DNA of 64,000 bases from Roseovarius sp. (GTDB lineage: Bacteria; Pseudomonadota; Alphaproteobacteria; Rhodobacterales; Rhodobacteraceae). Location: positions 13,441 to 77,440 of the forward strand of contig JARGOC010000010.1 of the NCBI GenBank assembly GCA_029212365.1. Direction: 5' to 3'. Positions 1 to 9,526 of the stretch are shown piece after piece. Every line of letters begins with the position of its first letter. Within the stretch, counting starts at the first letter, position 1. Both the position numbers and the translations under genes were made by a program. The notes under the pieces are model-generated. The model saw nothing but the letters and a program-made list of their open reading frames with translations, did no database searches and was not told where the DNA came from.

Positions 1-1196
1 CCATCGTTGGGTTCACGGATGACGTTGATCTCAATGCCGCCAGCAGCCGCTGACGCCTGATAGAGAACGGCTGCGTCAACAGCGCCACCAAAGGCCGCAT
101 CGGCCGAACTGAGTTCAATTGACAGGCTGTCCAGGCCGGCCTCTTTGAGGTACCACTTTGATTTGTCCGGATCATAGGTTTTCTGCTCTAGCTCAGAATT
201 GTAGTACCGCTGACCGGCGCCGATGGGGTGGTCATTGCCAACCGAGCCATAGCCAAACAGGATCTTCTCAACCAGTTCTTCACGGTTGATGCCGTATTTC
301 AGAGCCTGACGCACGTTGTTGTCATTAAACGGTCCAACGCCCGAATTCATCGGAATGGTGTAATGGGCGGTGCCGGATACAGATTGGATATTGACGTTCT
401 TGTCGCGGCCCAGCAGGCCAACTGTCTTGAGGTCAAGGCGGTCAATGACGTCAACATCGCCCGACACAAGTGCCGTGGTGCGTGCGTTCAGATCAACAAG
501 GGCAAGCAATTCTATGCTGTCAAAGAAGCCAACAGTGTCACGCCAATGGTTCGGATTGCGTTCCATCATGGTGGATACACCCGGCGAGAAGTTTTTAAGA
601 ATATAGGAGCCGCAACCATCGCCGGATTGCCAGTCAATGCTGTCATCTTTGGCAGGGTGAATGGTCAGGTGATAATCTGTCAGGATAAACGGGAAGTCGG
701 CATTGCCGCCATCAAGTTTGAACAGGATCGTGTCGTCGCCCTGAATGACGATTTCCGTGATCGGGGCCACAATTGGACCCGCCGCCGAGGTGGATCCTTC
801 GCCGCGGTGGAAATTGATCGAGGCAACGACATCCTCAACGGTCACGCTCTTGCCAGAGTGGAATGTCACGCCTTGGCGCAGTTTGACCGTCCATTCGGAG
901 GCATCTGCCGAGGCTTCCCAGCTCTCTGCCAGTTCGGGGACAACACTGCCATCGGCCGCAACTTCGGTCAGGCGGCCGTGAATGGCAAAAGATGCACCAA
1001 TGGTGTTGCCGTTTTCCCATGTGCCGGGGTTTAGCGTGTCGGTTGTTTGGCCGTGGCCTTTCCCGATGCGCAGATGACCGCCGCGTTTTGGGGCCGCCAT
1101 AGCGCCGCCCATAGGCAGTGAAGCGGCCATTGCAGTGGCGGCAGTTGTTTTCAGAAATCCGCGGCGATCAAGCAGTCCGCCTTTGATAAGTGACAT
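1..1196 (-). CDS. ABC transporter substrate-binding protein, family 5 (peptide/nickel type), Tat signal; C-terminus lies outside the window
   Basis: Absent from the ORF track because it runs off the window. The reverse complement from CAT 1194-1196 reads MSLIKGGLLDRRGFLKTTAATAMAASLPMGGAMAAPKRGGHLRIG...VTFHSGKSVTVEDV, with a twin-arginine motif RRGFLK. The + strand ORF 228..1034 is its antisense shadow. Confidence 0.85.
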   Translation of the reverse strand, partial: MSLIKGGLLDRRGFLKTTAATAMAASLPMGGAMAAPKRGGHLRIGKGHGQTTDTLNPGTWENGNTIGASFAIHGRLTEVAADGSVVPELAESWEASADASEWTVKLRQGVTFHSGKSVTVEDVVASINFHRGEGSTSAAGPIVAPITEIVIQGDDTILFKLDGGNADFPFILTDYHLTIHPAKDDSIDWQSGDGCGSYILKNFSPGVSTMMERNPNHWRDTVGFFDSIELLALVDLNARTTALVSGDVDVIDRLDLKTVGLLGRDKNVNIQSVSGTAHYTIPMNSGVGPFNDNNVRQALKYGINREELVEKILFGYGSVGNDHPIGAGQRYYNSELEQKTYDPDKSKWYLKEAGLDSLSIELSSADAAFGGAVDAAVLYQASAAAGGIEINVIREPND

Positions 1197-1458
1197 GAGG
1201 TATCTCCCTGGTTTTTAGTTGGTCTTGTTGATTGACGTAGGATCACAATGTTTGAGTCCGGGGTATTTGGGTGCAGCGGGTTGCTGACACAAATTGGCGG
1301 CGCGGTGTGGTATTGAAAGGTGAGGATCAATCATACGCGCGCAGTTTCCCCTAACGCTGTGTGTGAACGTTGGCGGCAGCTTATGCCGCAAGGCAATGAA
1401 GGCGCAAGCATTCTTGTCACGACTGCCGTGTGCCCTGATATTGTTGGAATATTTTATT

Positions 1459-1478
1459 TTGATTGACGAGTCAATTAA
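1459..1478. promoter_or_regulatory. BetI-type operator (imperfect inverted repeat TTGATTGAC-GA-GTCAATTAA)
   Basis: The core ATTGAC-GA-GTCAAT is a perfect 6-2-6 palindrome. It sits in an AT-rich stretch about 60 bp upstream of the betI ATG and resembles the TTGATTGGACGTTCAAT-type BetI site of enterobacteria as I recall it. Confidence 0.5.
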
Positions 1479-1535
1479 ACATCCATAATTCTGGCTCGCA
1501 GGGTTAGAATAAACAGCAGGGGATGCAGTGACATC

Positions 1536-2123
1536 ATGCCAAAACTTGGGATGGAACCCATAAGGCGCAACGCCCTGGTTGAGGCCACAATCCACGAGAT
1601 CGGTGCGCATGGCACCTTGGATGTCACTGTCAGTCAAATTGCCAAACGGGCCGGCATGTCGAGCGCTTTGGCGCATCATTACTTTGGGTCCAAAGAGCAG
1701 ATGTTTGCCGCTGCCATGCGCCATATTATGACCCTCTATGGGGCCGAGGTGCGCGGTGCGATGATCATGGCCAAAACCCCGCGTGAGCGGATCGAGGCGA
1801 TCATTCGTACCAGTTTCTCGCCCCGTCAATTTCGCGATGAAAGTGTGGCCGCCTGGCTGAATTTCTATGTGCAGGCGCAGAAATCGGATGATGCGTTTCG
1901 GCTTTTGAATGTTTACCAGAAACGGCTGCGTTCAAACCTTATGCATGATTTCAAGCTATTGGCGGCACCAGATGCCCGCACTTTAACGCGCGGTTTGGCG
2001 GCGATGATAGACGGGCTTTATATCCGTCAGGCTCTGCGCCGCGATCCGATGGCTCCGCAGGCGGCCGTTGAGGTGCTGATGCACTATCTGGATACCTCTT
2101 TGGCAAAGGCTGCGCCCCAATGA
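1536..2123 (+). CDS. betI: TetR-family choline-responsive repressor BetI
   Basis: 195 aa. N-terminal TetR HTH (VTVSQIAKRAGMSSALAHHYFGSKEQMF) and BetI-like remainder. The stop overlaps the betC ATG (ATGA at 2120-2123). Confidence 0.85.
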   Translation: MPKLGMEPIRRNALVEATIHEIGAHGTLDVTVSQIAKRAGMSSALAHHYFGSKEQMFAAAMRHIMTLYGAEVRGAMIMAKTPRERIEAIIRTSFSPRQFRDESVAAWLNFYVQAQKSDDAFRLLNVYQKRLRSNLMHDFKLLAAPDARTLTRGLAAMIDGLYIRQALRRDPMAPQAAVEVLMHYLDTSLAKAAPQ

Positions 2124-3628
2124 GCAAGCCCAACATATTGATTTTTATGGTCGACCAGCTGAATGGCACATTGTTCCCGGATGGCCCGGCAGAGTGGTTG
2201 CACGCGCCCAACCTGAAGAAACTGGCAGCGCGCTCTACCCGGTTTGCCAATGCCTATACCGCCAGCCCGCTGTGTGCGCCGGGGCGGGCCAGCTTCATGT
2301 CCGGTCTGTTGCCCTCGCGCAGCCGGGTCTATGATAATGCCGCTGAATTTGCCGCCGATATTCCGACCTATGCGCATCACTTGCGCCGGGCGGGGTATCA
2401 GACCTGCCTGTCGGGCAAGATGCATTTCGTTGGTCCCGATCAGATGCACGGTTTCGAAGAACGCCTGACCACCGATATTTACCCGGCTGATTTTGGCTGG
2501 ACGCCTGATTACCGCAAGCCGGGCGAGAGGATCGACTGGTGGTATCACAATATGGGCAGTGTCACGGGGGCGGGCGTGGCTGAGATTTCCAACCAGATGG
2601 AATATGACGACGAGGTCGCTTATAACGCCACCCGCATGGTCTATGATCTGGCGCGGGGCAAGGATGATCGCCCCTGGTGCCTGACTGTCAGCTTTACCCA
2701 TCCGCATGATCCTTATGTGGCCCGCAAGAAATACTGGGATCTGTACGAGGATTGCGCCCATCTGGCCCCCGAGGTTCCAGCCATGGCGTATGAAGATCAC
2801 GATCCTCATTCCCAGCGTATCTTTGATGCCAATGACTGGCGCAAATTTGATATTTCAGATGAGGATATCCGCCGCTCACGCCGCGCGTATTTTGCCAATA
2901 TTTCGTATCTCGACGATAAAATCGGTGACGTGATGGAGGCGTTGCAGGCGACACGCCAGGAGGCGATTATCCTCTTTGTCTCTGATCACGGTGATATGTT
3001 GGGTGAACGTGGTTTGTGGTTCAAAATGAACTTCTTTGAAGGCTCTGCGCGCGTGCCGCTGATGGTCTGTGCCCCCGATATGACACCCGGCCTGGTTGAG
3101 GCACCTGTCAGCAATATAGATGTGTGCCCGACGCTGTGTGATCTGGCCGGTGTCAGTATGGCGCAGGTGGCCCCCTGGACCACGGGCGAAAGCCTTGTGC
3201 ATCTGGGGCAGGGAGGCGAGCGCACCAGCCCGGTGGCCATGGAATATGCCGCAGAAGCCAGCTATGCGCCGCTGGTGTCTTTGCGCTATGGCAAGTGGAA
3301 GTTTAACCGCTGCGTATTAGACCCCGACCAGCTGTTTGACCTTGAGGCTGACCCCCATGAGCTGAGCAATCTGGCCAATGTGCCCGAGCACGTCGGCACG
3401 CTGGCGCAGTTGCAGGCCAAAGCCGAGGCCCGCTGGGATCTGGAGGCGTTTGACGCCGCAGTGCGTGAAAGTCAGGCGCGGCGTTGGGTCGTGTATGAGG
3501 CGCTCAAGCAGGGAGGGTATTATCCGTGGGATTACCAGCCGCTGATGAAAGCCTCAGAGCGGTATATGCGCAACCACATGGATCTGAACGTGGTCGAAGA
3601 AAACGCCCGTTTTCCAAGGGGTGAGTGA
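2120..3628 (+). CDS. betC: Choline-sulfatase
   Basis: 502 aa. Sulfatase signature SPLCAPGRASFMSG (C-x-P-x-R formylglycine motif), overall choline-sulfatase-like sequence, bet operon context. Confidence 0.85.
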   Translation: MSKPNILIFMVDQLNGTLFPDGPAEWLHAPNLKKLAARSTRFANAYTASPLCAPGRASFMSGLLPSRSRVYDNAAEFAADIPTYAHHLRRAGYQTCLSGKMHFVGPDQMHGFEERLTTDIYPADFGWTPDYRKPGERIDWWYHNMGSVTGAGVAEISNQMEYDDEVAYNATRMVYDLARGKDDRPWCLTVSFTHPHDPYVARKKYWDLYEDCAHLAPEVPAMAYEDHDPHSQRIFDANDWRKFDISDEDIRRSRRAYFANISYLDDKIGDVMEALQATRQEAIILFVSDHGDMLGERGLWFKMNFFEGSARVPLMVCAPDMTPGLVEAPVSNIDVCPTLCDLAGVSMAQVAPWTTGESLVHLGQGGERTSPVAMEYAAEASYAPLVSLRYGKWKFNRCVLDPDQLFDLEADPHELSNLANVPEHVGTLAQLQAKAEARWDLEAFDAAVRESQARRWVVYEALKQGGYYPWDYQPLMKASERYMRNHMDLNVVEENARFPRGE

Positions 3629-3656
3629 TGCTGTGTTGTGCCAGGGAGCTATGTGA

Positions 3657-3902
3657 ATGACTGACAGCCCAATTCCAAAAGCAGGTCTTCAGACCGTAGA
3701 TATCGTCAAATGGATTGCAACTGTCATTCAGTTGATTGGCTACGGGTTGACCGGGATGAACGTGGTGCCTTGGAACGTTTTTGCCTTTTTCATCGGGATT
3801 TTCCTTTGGTTTGCCGTGGGCGTGATGTGGAAAGACCGGGCCATCATGGTCGTGCATGTGGGGGCGTTCATTTCGCTTCTGGCCGGATACCTGAATTCGT
3901 GA
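3657..3902 (+). CDS. Small integral membrane protein (81 aa, about 3 predicted TM helices), unknown function
   Basis: GGGAG lies 8 nt upstream of the ATG. The ORF is wedged 28 nt after betC and 7 nt before betA. It has three hydrophobic segments and no domain I recognise. Confidence 0.5.
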   Translation: MTDSPIPKAGLQTVDIVKWIATVIQLIGYGLTGMNVVPWNVFAFFIGIFLWFAVGVMWKDRAIMVVHVGAFISLLAGYLNS

Positions 3903-3909
3903 GGGTGTA

Positions 3910-5568
3910 ATGGAAGCCGATTATGTGATCGTGGGGGCCGGCAGCGCGGGGTGTGCCATGGCCTATCGCCTCAGCGAAGCCGGGCAATCGGTGCTGGTGA
4001 TTGAACATGGCGGCACGGATGCGGGGCCGTTCATCCAGATGCCCGGCGCGCTGAGCTATCCGATGAATATGAAGATGTATGATTGGGGCTACACCAGCGA
4101 GCCTGAGCCACATCTGAACAACCGCTCTTTGGCCTGTCCGCGCGGCAAGGTGATCGGCGGGTCATCGTCGATCAACGGCATGGTCTATGTCCGTGGTCAC
4201 GCCCATGATTTTGATCACTGGCGCGATCAGGGCGCGGATGGCTGGGGGTACAGCGATGTGCTACCCTATTATAAACGCATGGAAAACTGGGATGATGCAG
4301 GCCATGGCGGTGATCCCACCTGGCGCGGCAACTCAGGCCCGCTGCATGTGACCCGTGGCAGCATGGACAACCCGCTGACCCGCGCCTTTGTTGAGGCAGG
4401 CGGGCAGGCGGGATATCACGTCACACCGGATTATAATGGCGAGCAACAAGAGGGCTTTGGCCCGTTTGACATGACAGTGCACAAGGGGCGGCGCTGGTCG
4501 GCGGCCAATGCATATCTGCGGCCGGCGCTGAAACGCGAAAACTGCGATCTGCTGCGCGGTCATGTGCAGCGCATCGTGATCAAAGAGGGGCGCGCCACTG
4601 GCGTTGAGGCCATCATCAAAGGCCAGTCACAGGTGGTGCATGCCCGGCGCGAGGTGATCATTGCCGCCTCGTCGATCAATTCGCCCAAGTTGTTGATGCT
4701 TTCCGGCGTTGGCCCGGCACAGCATTTGGTGGATCATGGTATTGACGTGATCGCCGACCGCCCCGGAGTGGGGGCAAACCTGCAAGACCATCTGGAGCTA
4801 TATTTGCAAATGGCGGCCAGCCAGCCGGTCAGCCTGTATAGATACTGGAACCTTCTGGGCAAGGCCTATGTGGGCGCGCGGTGGTTGTTCACCGGCACCG
4901 GGCCGGGGGCTTCAAACCAGTTTGAAAGCTGTGGGTTTATCCGCTCGCAGGCGGGTATTGCCTATCCTGACATTCAGTTCCATTTCCTGCCCATTGCTGT
5001 GCGCTATGACGGGCGGGCTGCTGCTGAAGGCCACGGGTTTCAGGCCCATGTCGGCCCGATGCGCAGCACCTCTCGTGGGGCGATCACCTTGCGCAGCGCC
5101 AATCCGGCGGATGATCCGATGATCCGATTTAACTATATGTCGCAGGACCGCGACTGGCAGGAGTTCCGCACCTGCATCCGCCTGACCCGCGAGGTTTTTG
5201 CTCAGGATGCGTTCAAGCCATTCTCAAGGCATGAAATTCAACCCGGTATAGATGTGCAAAGCGATGACGATCTGGATGAGTTTATCCGTGAACACGCTGA
5301 AAGCGCCTTTCATCCTTGTGGCACCTGTCGGATGGGGCGCGTGAATGACAAACATGCGGTTGTTGATCCGCACGCCCGCGTGATCGGCGTGGATGGTTTG
5401 CGAGTGGCCGACAGCAGTATTTTTCCGCGCATCACCAATGGAAACCTGAACGCGCCGTCGATCATGGTGGGTGAGAAAACCAGTGACCACATTTTGGGGC
5501 GCGCGCCGCTGCCACCTGACAATGCAAAGCCGTGGGTGCATCCTGATTGGGCCGCACAACAGCGCTGA
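3910..5568 (+). CDS. betA: Choline dehydrogenase (GMC oxidoreductase)
   Basis: 552 aa. N-terminal FAD fold [23 protein letters not shown] signatures, C-terminal HPCGTCRMG motif. Confidence 0.9.
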   Translation: MEADYVIVGAGSAGCAMAYRLSEAGQSVLVIEHGGTDAGPFIQMPGALSYPMNMKMYDWGYTSEPEPHLNNRSLACPRGKVIGGSSSINGMVYVRGHAHDFDHWRDQGADGWGYSDVLPYYKRMENWDDAGHGGDPTWRGNSGPLHVTRGSMDNPLTRAFVEAGGQAGYHVTPDYNGEQQEGFGPFDMTVHKGRRWSAANAYLRPALKRENCDLLRGHVQRIVIKEGRATGVEAIIKGQSQVVHARREVIIAASSINSPKLLMLSGVGPAQHLVDHGIDVIADRPGVGANLQDHLELYLQMAASQPVSLYRYWNLLGKAYVGARWLFTGTGPGASNQFESCGFIRSQAGIAYPDIQFHFLPIAVRYDGRAAAEGHGFQAHVGPMRSTSRGAITLRSANPADDPMIRFNYMSQDRDWQEFRTCIRLTREVFAQDAFKPFSRHEIQPGIDVQSDDDLDEFIREHAESAFHPCGTCRMGRVNDKHAVVDPHARVIGVDGLRVADSSIFPRITNGNLNAPSIMVGEKTSDHILGRAPLPPDNAKPWVHPDWAAQQR

Positions 5569-5657
5569 TAATGTAAAGAAGTTGACCGAGGTCAAAGCAG
5601 ACGCCGTAGCGTGGGGGTAGTCTTTTTCGAGACTTGAACAATAAGGAGACCTCGCCC

Positions 5658-5894
5658 ATGTCGCACACCCCTCACGAACTGCAAGATGATTTCCCGGAAT
5701 TGGCTGACAAAATTACGGAAATGAAACAGTCAGATGCCCATTTCGCCCGTCTGGCAGAAGAGTATCACGAGATTAACCGCGCCGTTCACCGCGCTGAAAC
5801 TAATGTTGAACCGACTGATGAATTGGCCGAACAGGACATGCGCAAGAAGCGCGCGGCCTTGAAGGACACACTCTATGGGATGCTGAATGCGTGA
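5658..5894 (+). CDS. DUF465 (YdcH-like) small protein
   Basis: The track ORF starts at TTG 5634. ATG 5658 is preceded by AAGGAG. The sequence MSHTPHELQDDFPELADKI...HFARLAEEYHEINRAVHRAE is typical of DUF465. Confidence 0.7.
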   Translation: MSHTPHELQDDFPELADKITEMKQSDAHFARLAEEYHEINRAVHRAETNVEPTDELAEQDMRKKRAALKDTLYGMLNA

Positions 5895-6700
5895 AGCCCG
5901 TCAATAAAGCGCCATAGCTGGGGTTCGGTCTGATCAGTCCATGTGGCGAGATGATCGGCTCCTTCAACGCTGACAAAGTGCTTTGTCGCGCTGGTGGCGG
6001 TCGCAAACACCTGTTGGCCCTGGCTGTATGGCACCAGAGTATCCGCGGTGCCATGCAAGACCAGCAGCGGTGCTGTCAGGGATTTGACGTGCGCGGCATT
6101 GTTCCAGATGTTTGTCATCTTTGCGATCAGCCTGGCGTGGTCCGGGGCCAGATGGCGCGCCACATCCGGGTAGGAGGTGAAGGGTGAATCCAGCACCACA
6201 CCAGCGGGCTGCGTCACACCGGGTTGCGCCAGAAGTTTGAGCGCCACGCCCCCGCCGAGGCTTTCGCCGTAGATCACCATGTGATTGGGGGAAAGGCCCG
6301 GCACAAATGCGTCCAGACTGGACCAAACGCGCAGGGCATCGCGTGTCAGGCGGTCTTCGTTGGGCTTGCCAGTGCTGCCGGATGATCCGCGATATGCCGG
6401 CGCGATCAGCCCATAGCCACGATCCGTGAAAAGCCGAAAGCGATGGGCGCGATTGGCCAGATTGCCGCCATTGCCCTGAAAATAGAGCACAGTGGGCTTG
6501 CCCTCATCGGCGGGCGCGACCCAGATCACCAGAGTGGCGATGCCGCTTTTTAGGCGGTGCTCGCTTACCTGCGGCAGGCCCACGTCAGCCGGGGCAATGC
6601 GGGTTGAATCCAGTGGATAGGCGTATTTGCGTTCGATGCCCGTGAGGCTGAGGAAAAACCCATCAAACAGCACGGCCAGAACTATCAGGGTGTTCAGCAT
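5873..6700 (-). CDS. Alpha/beta hydrolase
   Basis: About 275 aa with the nucleophile elbow GESLGGG. The ATG at 6698-6700 overlaps the pccR stop by 1 nt (TGATG). The 3' end overlaps the convergent DUF465 gene by 22 nt. Confidence 0.8.
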   Translation of the reverse strand: MLNTLIVLAVLFDGFFLSLTGIERKYAYPLDSTRIAPADVGLPQVSEHRLKSGIATLVIWVAPADEGKPTVLYFQGNGGNLANRAHRFRLFTDRGYGLIAPAYRGSSGSTGKPNEDRLTRDALRVWSSLDAFVPGLSPNHMVIYGESLGGGVALKLLAQPGVTQPAGVVLDSPFTSYPDVARHLAPDHARLIAKMTNIWNNAAHVKSLTAPLLVLHGTADTLVPYSQGQQVFATATSATKHFVSVEGADHLATWTDQTEPQLWRFIDGLHAFSIP

Positions 6701-8085
6701 CAACTAACCTTATACGGGAGCACGCCGCGCTCATCGGGGGTAATGGACAGGTGCCGCTCCAGCGGTGGCACCGAGCGTTGATGGCAATCAGTGCGTTCGC
6801 AAATGCGGCAGGAAATGCCGATGGGTTCAAAGGCAGGCGCATTGGCGATGTCCAGATCATCGGCATAGACCAAGGCATCGGCATGTTTCACCTCGCATCC
6901 CAGCGCAATGGCAAAGCGGCGCACAGGCGCGCCAAAACTGCCGCCGGTTTTTGACACATCGCGGGCAAGGCTGATGTAGCGCACGCCGTCGGGTGTTTCG
7001 GCCAGCTGGCGCAAGAACCGGCCCGGCGTTTCAAAGGCGCGGTGCACATTCCACAAGGGGCAGGCCCCGCCGAAGCGGGCAAATTGCAGCCGGGTGGCGG
7101 AATGGCGTTTGGTGATCGTGCCCGCCTGATCGACACGTACAAAAAAGAACGGAATGCCCTTGGCTCCGGGGCGTTGCAGGGTCGAGAGACGATGACAGAC
7201 TTGCTCAATCGAGGCGCCAAAACGGTTGGCCAGCAGTTCCAGATCGTGGCGCATGTCCTGGGCTGCGCCCTGAAAGGCGGTATAGGGCATCATCGCAGCC
7301 CCGGCAAAATAATTGGCCAGACCGATCTTGGCGATGGCCCGCGCGGCATCGGATTGGAATCTGGCAAAATCAAGTGTTGCCTCCAGCAACGCATCCTGGG
7401 TCAACAGGGCCAGTTGCAACAACATCTGAAAGGCGCGGGTTTCCGGCTCGGCGCGAGATGACAAATAGAGAATGCGGCTATCCCGATCAAAACGGCGGAT
7501 CGGGCCGCTGTCGGATTTGGCAATGGTGATACCCATTTCGCTGAGGCGAATTTCGGCGGCGTTGGGGCCACCTGCACGGCTAAAATGCTCTGCTGCACGG
7601 TCCACGGCATCAATGTAGTTGTCACAATAATGAAAGAAGTCGCGCACTTCATCCCAGGGGCTGGGGCGCGCGCGCGCACCTTCACGGCCCAAAGCCTCGT
7701 CCAGGGATGCAAGGCGTTCATGGGTTTGGCGATAAGCCGTATGCAACGCCAGAAAGGCCCGCGCCAAAGCAGGGGCGTTAGAGGCTGTCAGTCGCAAATC
7801 GGCCAGAGGTGGCATATCGTCGGTAAAAACCGGATCTGCCAGGGCTTCGCGCATGTCCGAGACCATGCGTTCTGCGTCACCTGTGCTCAGCTCGGTCACG
7901 TCAAAGCCGAACTCTTGTGCCAATGCCAGTACAACGGTTGTGCTGACGGGCCTGTTGTTGTTCTCCATCTGGTTCAGATAGGGCAGGGACACGCCCAGTT
8001 TGGTGGCAAAGTCCTTTTGTGTCAGTGCCAGCCTTTGTCGCGTTTCACGCAGCTTTGCCCCGGCATAGAGTTTCTGGGTGGCCAT
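6700..8085 (-). CDS. pccR: Short-chain fatty acyl-CoA regulator (ScfR family; XRE HTH + IrrE/DUF2083-like domain), PccR-like
   Basis: 461 aa. N-terminal XRE HTH (LRETRQRLALTQKDFATKLGVSLPYLNQMENN), large C-terminal domain with a Cys cluster (CRICERTDCHQR), located next to pccB. Confidence 0.8.
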   Translation of the reverse strand: MATQKLYAGAKLRETRQRLALTQKDFATKLGVSLPYLNQMENNNRPVSTTVVLALAQEFGFDVTELSTGDAERMVSDMREALADPVFTDDMPPLADLRLTASNAPALARAFLALHTAYRQTHERLASLDEALGREGARARPSPWDEVRDFFHYCDNYIDAVDRAAEHFSRAGGPNAAEIRLSEMGITIAKSDSGPIRRFDRDSRILYLSSRAEPETRAFQMLLQLALLTQDALLEATLDFARFQSDAARAIAKIGLANYFAGAAMMPYTAFQGAAQDMRHDLELLANRFGASIEQVCHRLSTLQRPGAKGIPFFFVRVDQAGTITKRHSATRLQFARFGGACPLWNVHRAFETPGRFLRQLAETPDGVRYISLARDVSKTGGSFGAPVRRFAIALGCEVKHADALVYADDLDIANAPAFEPIGISCRICERTDCHQRSVPPLERHLSITPDERGVLPYKVS

Positions 8086-8100
8086 GGAGGATCCTCAGGT

Positions 8101-8144
8101 GGGTTTGCAGATTAGCTTGTGGCCAAGGCTATGTTTGCAAACCC
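8101..8144. promoter_or_regulatory. 9-bp inverted repeat GGGTTTGCA / TGCAAACCC, including TTTGCAAA, just upstream of pccR
   Basis: Arms at 8101-8109 and 8136-8144 with TTTGCAAA at 8134-8141. It lies 16-60 nt upstream of the pccR ATG on the minus strand. There is no U-tract, so it is unlikely to be the terminator of the MFS gene. Confidence 0.35.
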
Positions 8145-8193
8145 ACCAAGGCAAGCCTTTTCCCATTGAAGAATGGGAGTGCGTGCTCAGTGC

Positions 8194-9411
8194 TCAGAAC
8201 CCCAAAAGGCGGCGTTCGCGGCGCATTGTCAGTAGAATGGCCACAATTGCCAGCAGGGCTGTGATCAGCATGATCCATAGCAATGGGAAAGCACCGGATT
8301 TTTCGGTGAGCAAGGCGCCTGCGATGGCCGAAAGGGCCGCGCCACCGCCAATCATCAGCGCCCCAGACAATCCTGAGGCCGTGCCAGCCAGATGTGGGCG
8401 CACAGACAAGGCGCCAGCTGTGGCGTTGGGGATGGTCATACCGTTGCCCAGCCCCATGAAACACATGAAGCCAAAAAAGCTGAAGACGCTGCCAAGCCCC
8501 GCGTAAAACAAAGTCAGATTTAAGGCGATGCCGATTGCATTTACCAGCGTACCCCAGAAAACCATGCGATTGACACCAAAGCGGATCGAAAATCGGCCAG
8601 AGATGAAATTGCCTATGAAATAACCGACAGCTGGTGCGCCGAAATAGACACCCAACTGTGAAGGATTGAGGCCAAACACCTTGTCTCCCACAAAGGGCGC
8701 GCCACCCAGATAGGCAAAGAAGGCGCCAGACGACAGTGCCGAGGCCAGCGCATAGCCCCAGAACCGCGGTGAGGTCAGCAATTCGGGGTATTCACGGAAC
8801 TGCTGGGTGAGCGAACGTGAAGTGGTGGGGGCTGTCTCGCCGAGATCGGCCCAGGTCAACCAAAAGACGCCCATCCCCAAAACAATCACGGCCCAAAAAT
8901 TGGCCTGCCAGCCGAACAGTTGATCAAGCATACCGCCAAATGCAGGCCCCATCATCGGCACCACGGCCACGCCCATAGTGACATAGCCCATCATGGATGC
9001 GGCCTGCGCGTCAGGCACGACATCACGCACGATCGCGCGTGACAGGACCATAGCCACCACCACCGCTGCCTGCATCATGCGAAACGCGAGAAACACCCAG
9101 ATGTTGCCTGCCAGCGCGCAGCCCAGAGTGGCCAGCAAAAACACCGCCATACCGGCCAGGATCACCGGGCGGCGCCCCAGTTTGTCAGACAGAGGCCCGA
9201 CAATCAGCTGAAGCAGAGCATTGATACAAAGATACAAAGCCACTGACAGTTGCATCAGGCGGTAATCGGTCTCAAAATATGTGGTCATGCCGGGCAGGCT
9301 TGGCAGGAAAATGTTCATCGCCAAAGCCGCGATCCCGGCCAGCAGGATCAACGTGAAAATATGCGGGGGTGTCCGACGGTCCAGAAAACGGACCTTAGGG
9401 AAATCACTCAT
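8194..9411 (-). CDS. MFS transporter, Bcr/CflA-type drug resistance subfamily
   Basis: 405 aa, 12 hydrophobic segments, motif GPLSDKLGRRPVIL. Confidence 0.85.
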   Translation of the reverse strand: MSDFPKVRFLDRRTPPHIFTLILLAGIAALAMNIFLPSLPGMTTYFETDYRLMQLSVALYLCINALLQLIVGPLSDKLGRRPVILAGMAVFLLATLGCALAGNIWVFLAFRMMQAAVVVAMVLSRAIVRDVVPDAQAASMMGYVTMGVAVVPMMGPAFGGMLDQLFGWQANFWAVIVLGMGVFWLTWADLGETAPTTSRSLTQQFREYPELLTSPRFWGYALASALSSGAFFAYLGGAPFVGDKVFGLNPSQLGVYFGAPAVGYFIGNFISGRFSIRFGVNRMVFWGTLVNAIGIALNLTLFYAGLGSVFSFFGFMCFMGLGNGMTIPNATAGALSVRPHLAGTASGLSGALMIGGGAALSAIAGALLTEKSGAFPLLWIMLITALLAIVAILLTMRRERRLLGF

Positions 9412-9476
9412 GATCCAAGGGTTATGGGGGTGGGGCGAGGAAGTCCACTCACCTTAGGGTATATTGCGAAATATTA

Positions 9477-9526
9477 GCAAATTTGCAGTTATGCAGGATT
9501 TTCTGTCGACATATTTGCAAATTTGC
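9477..9526. promoter_or_regulatory. Two copies of the palindrome GCAAATTTGC, 40 bp apart, upstream of pccB (candidate PccR sites)
   Basis: GCAAATTTGC occurs at 9477-9486 and 9517-9526. The second is embedded in ATATTTGCAAATTTGCGG. Both lie in the divergent MFS/pccB intergenic region, 65-115 nt upstream of the pccB ATG. Confidence 0.45.

Noticed and set aside
228-1034. 268-aa + strand ORF at the window start
   Set aside because: It lies entirely antisense to the clearly homologous Tat-signal family-5 substrate-binding protein gene (1..1196, minus). Its composition is Ala/Arg/Gly/Val-rich in the mirror-frame style, with no recognisable motif.
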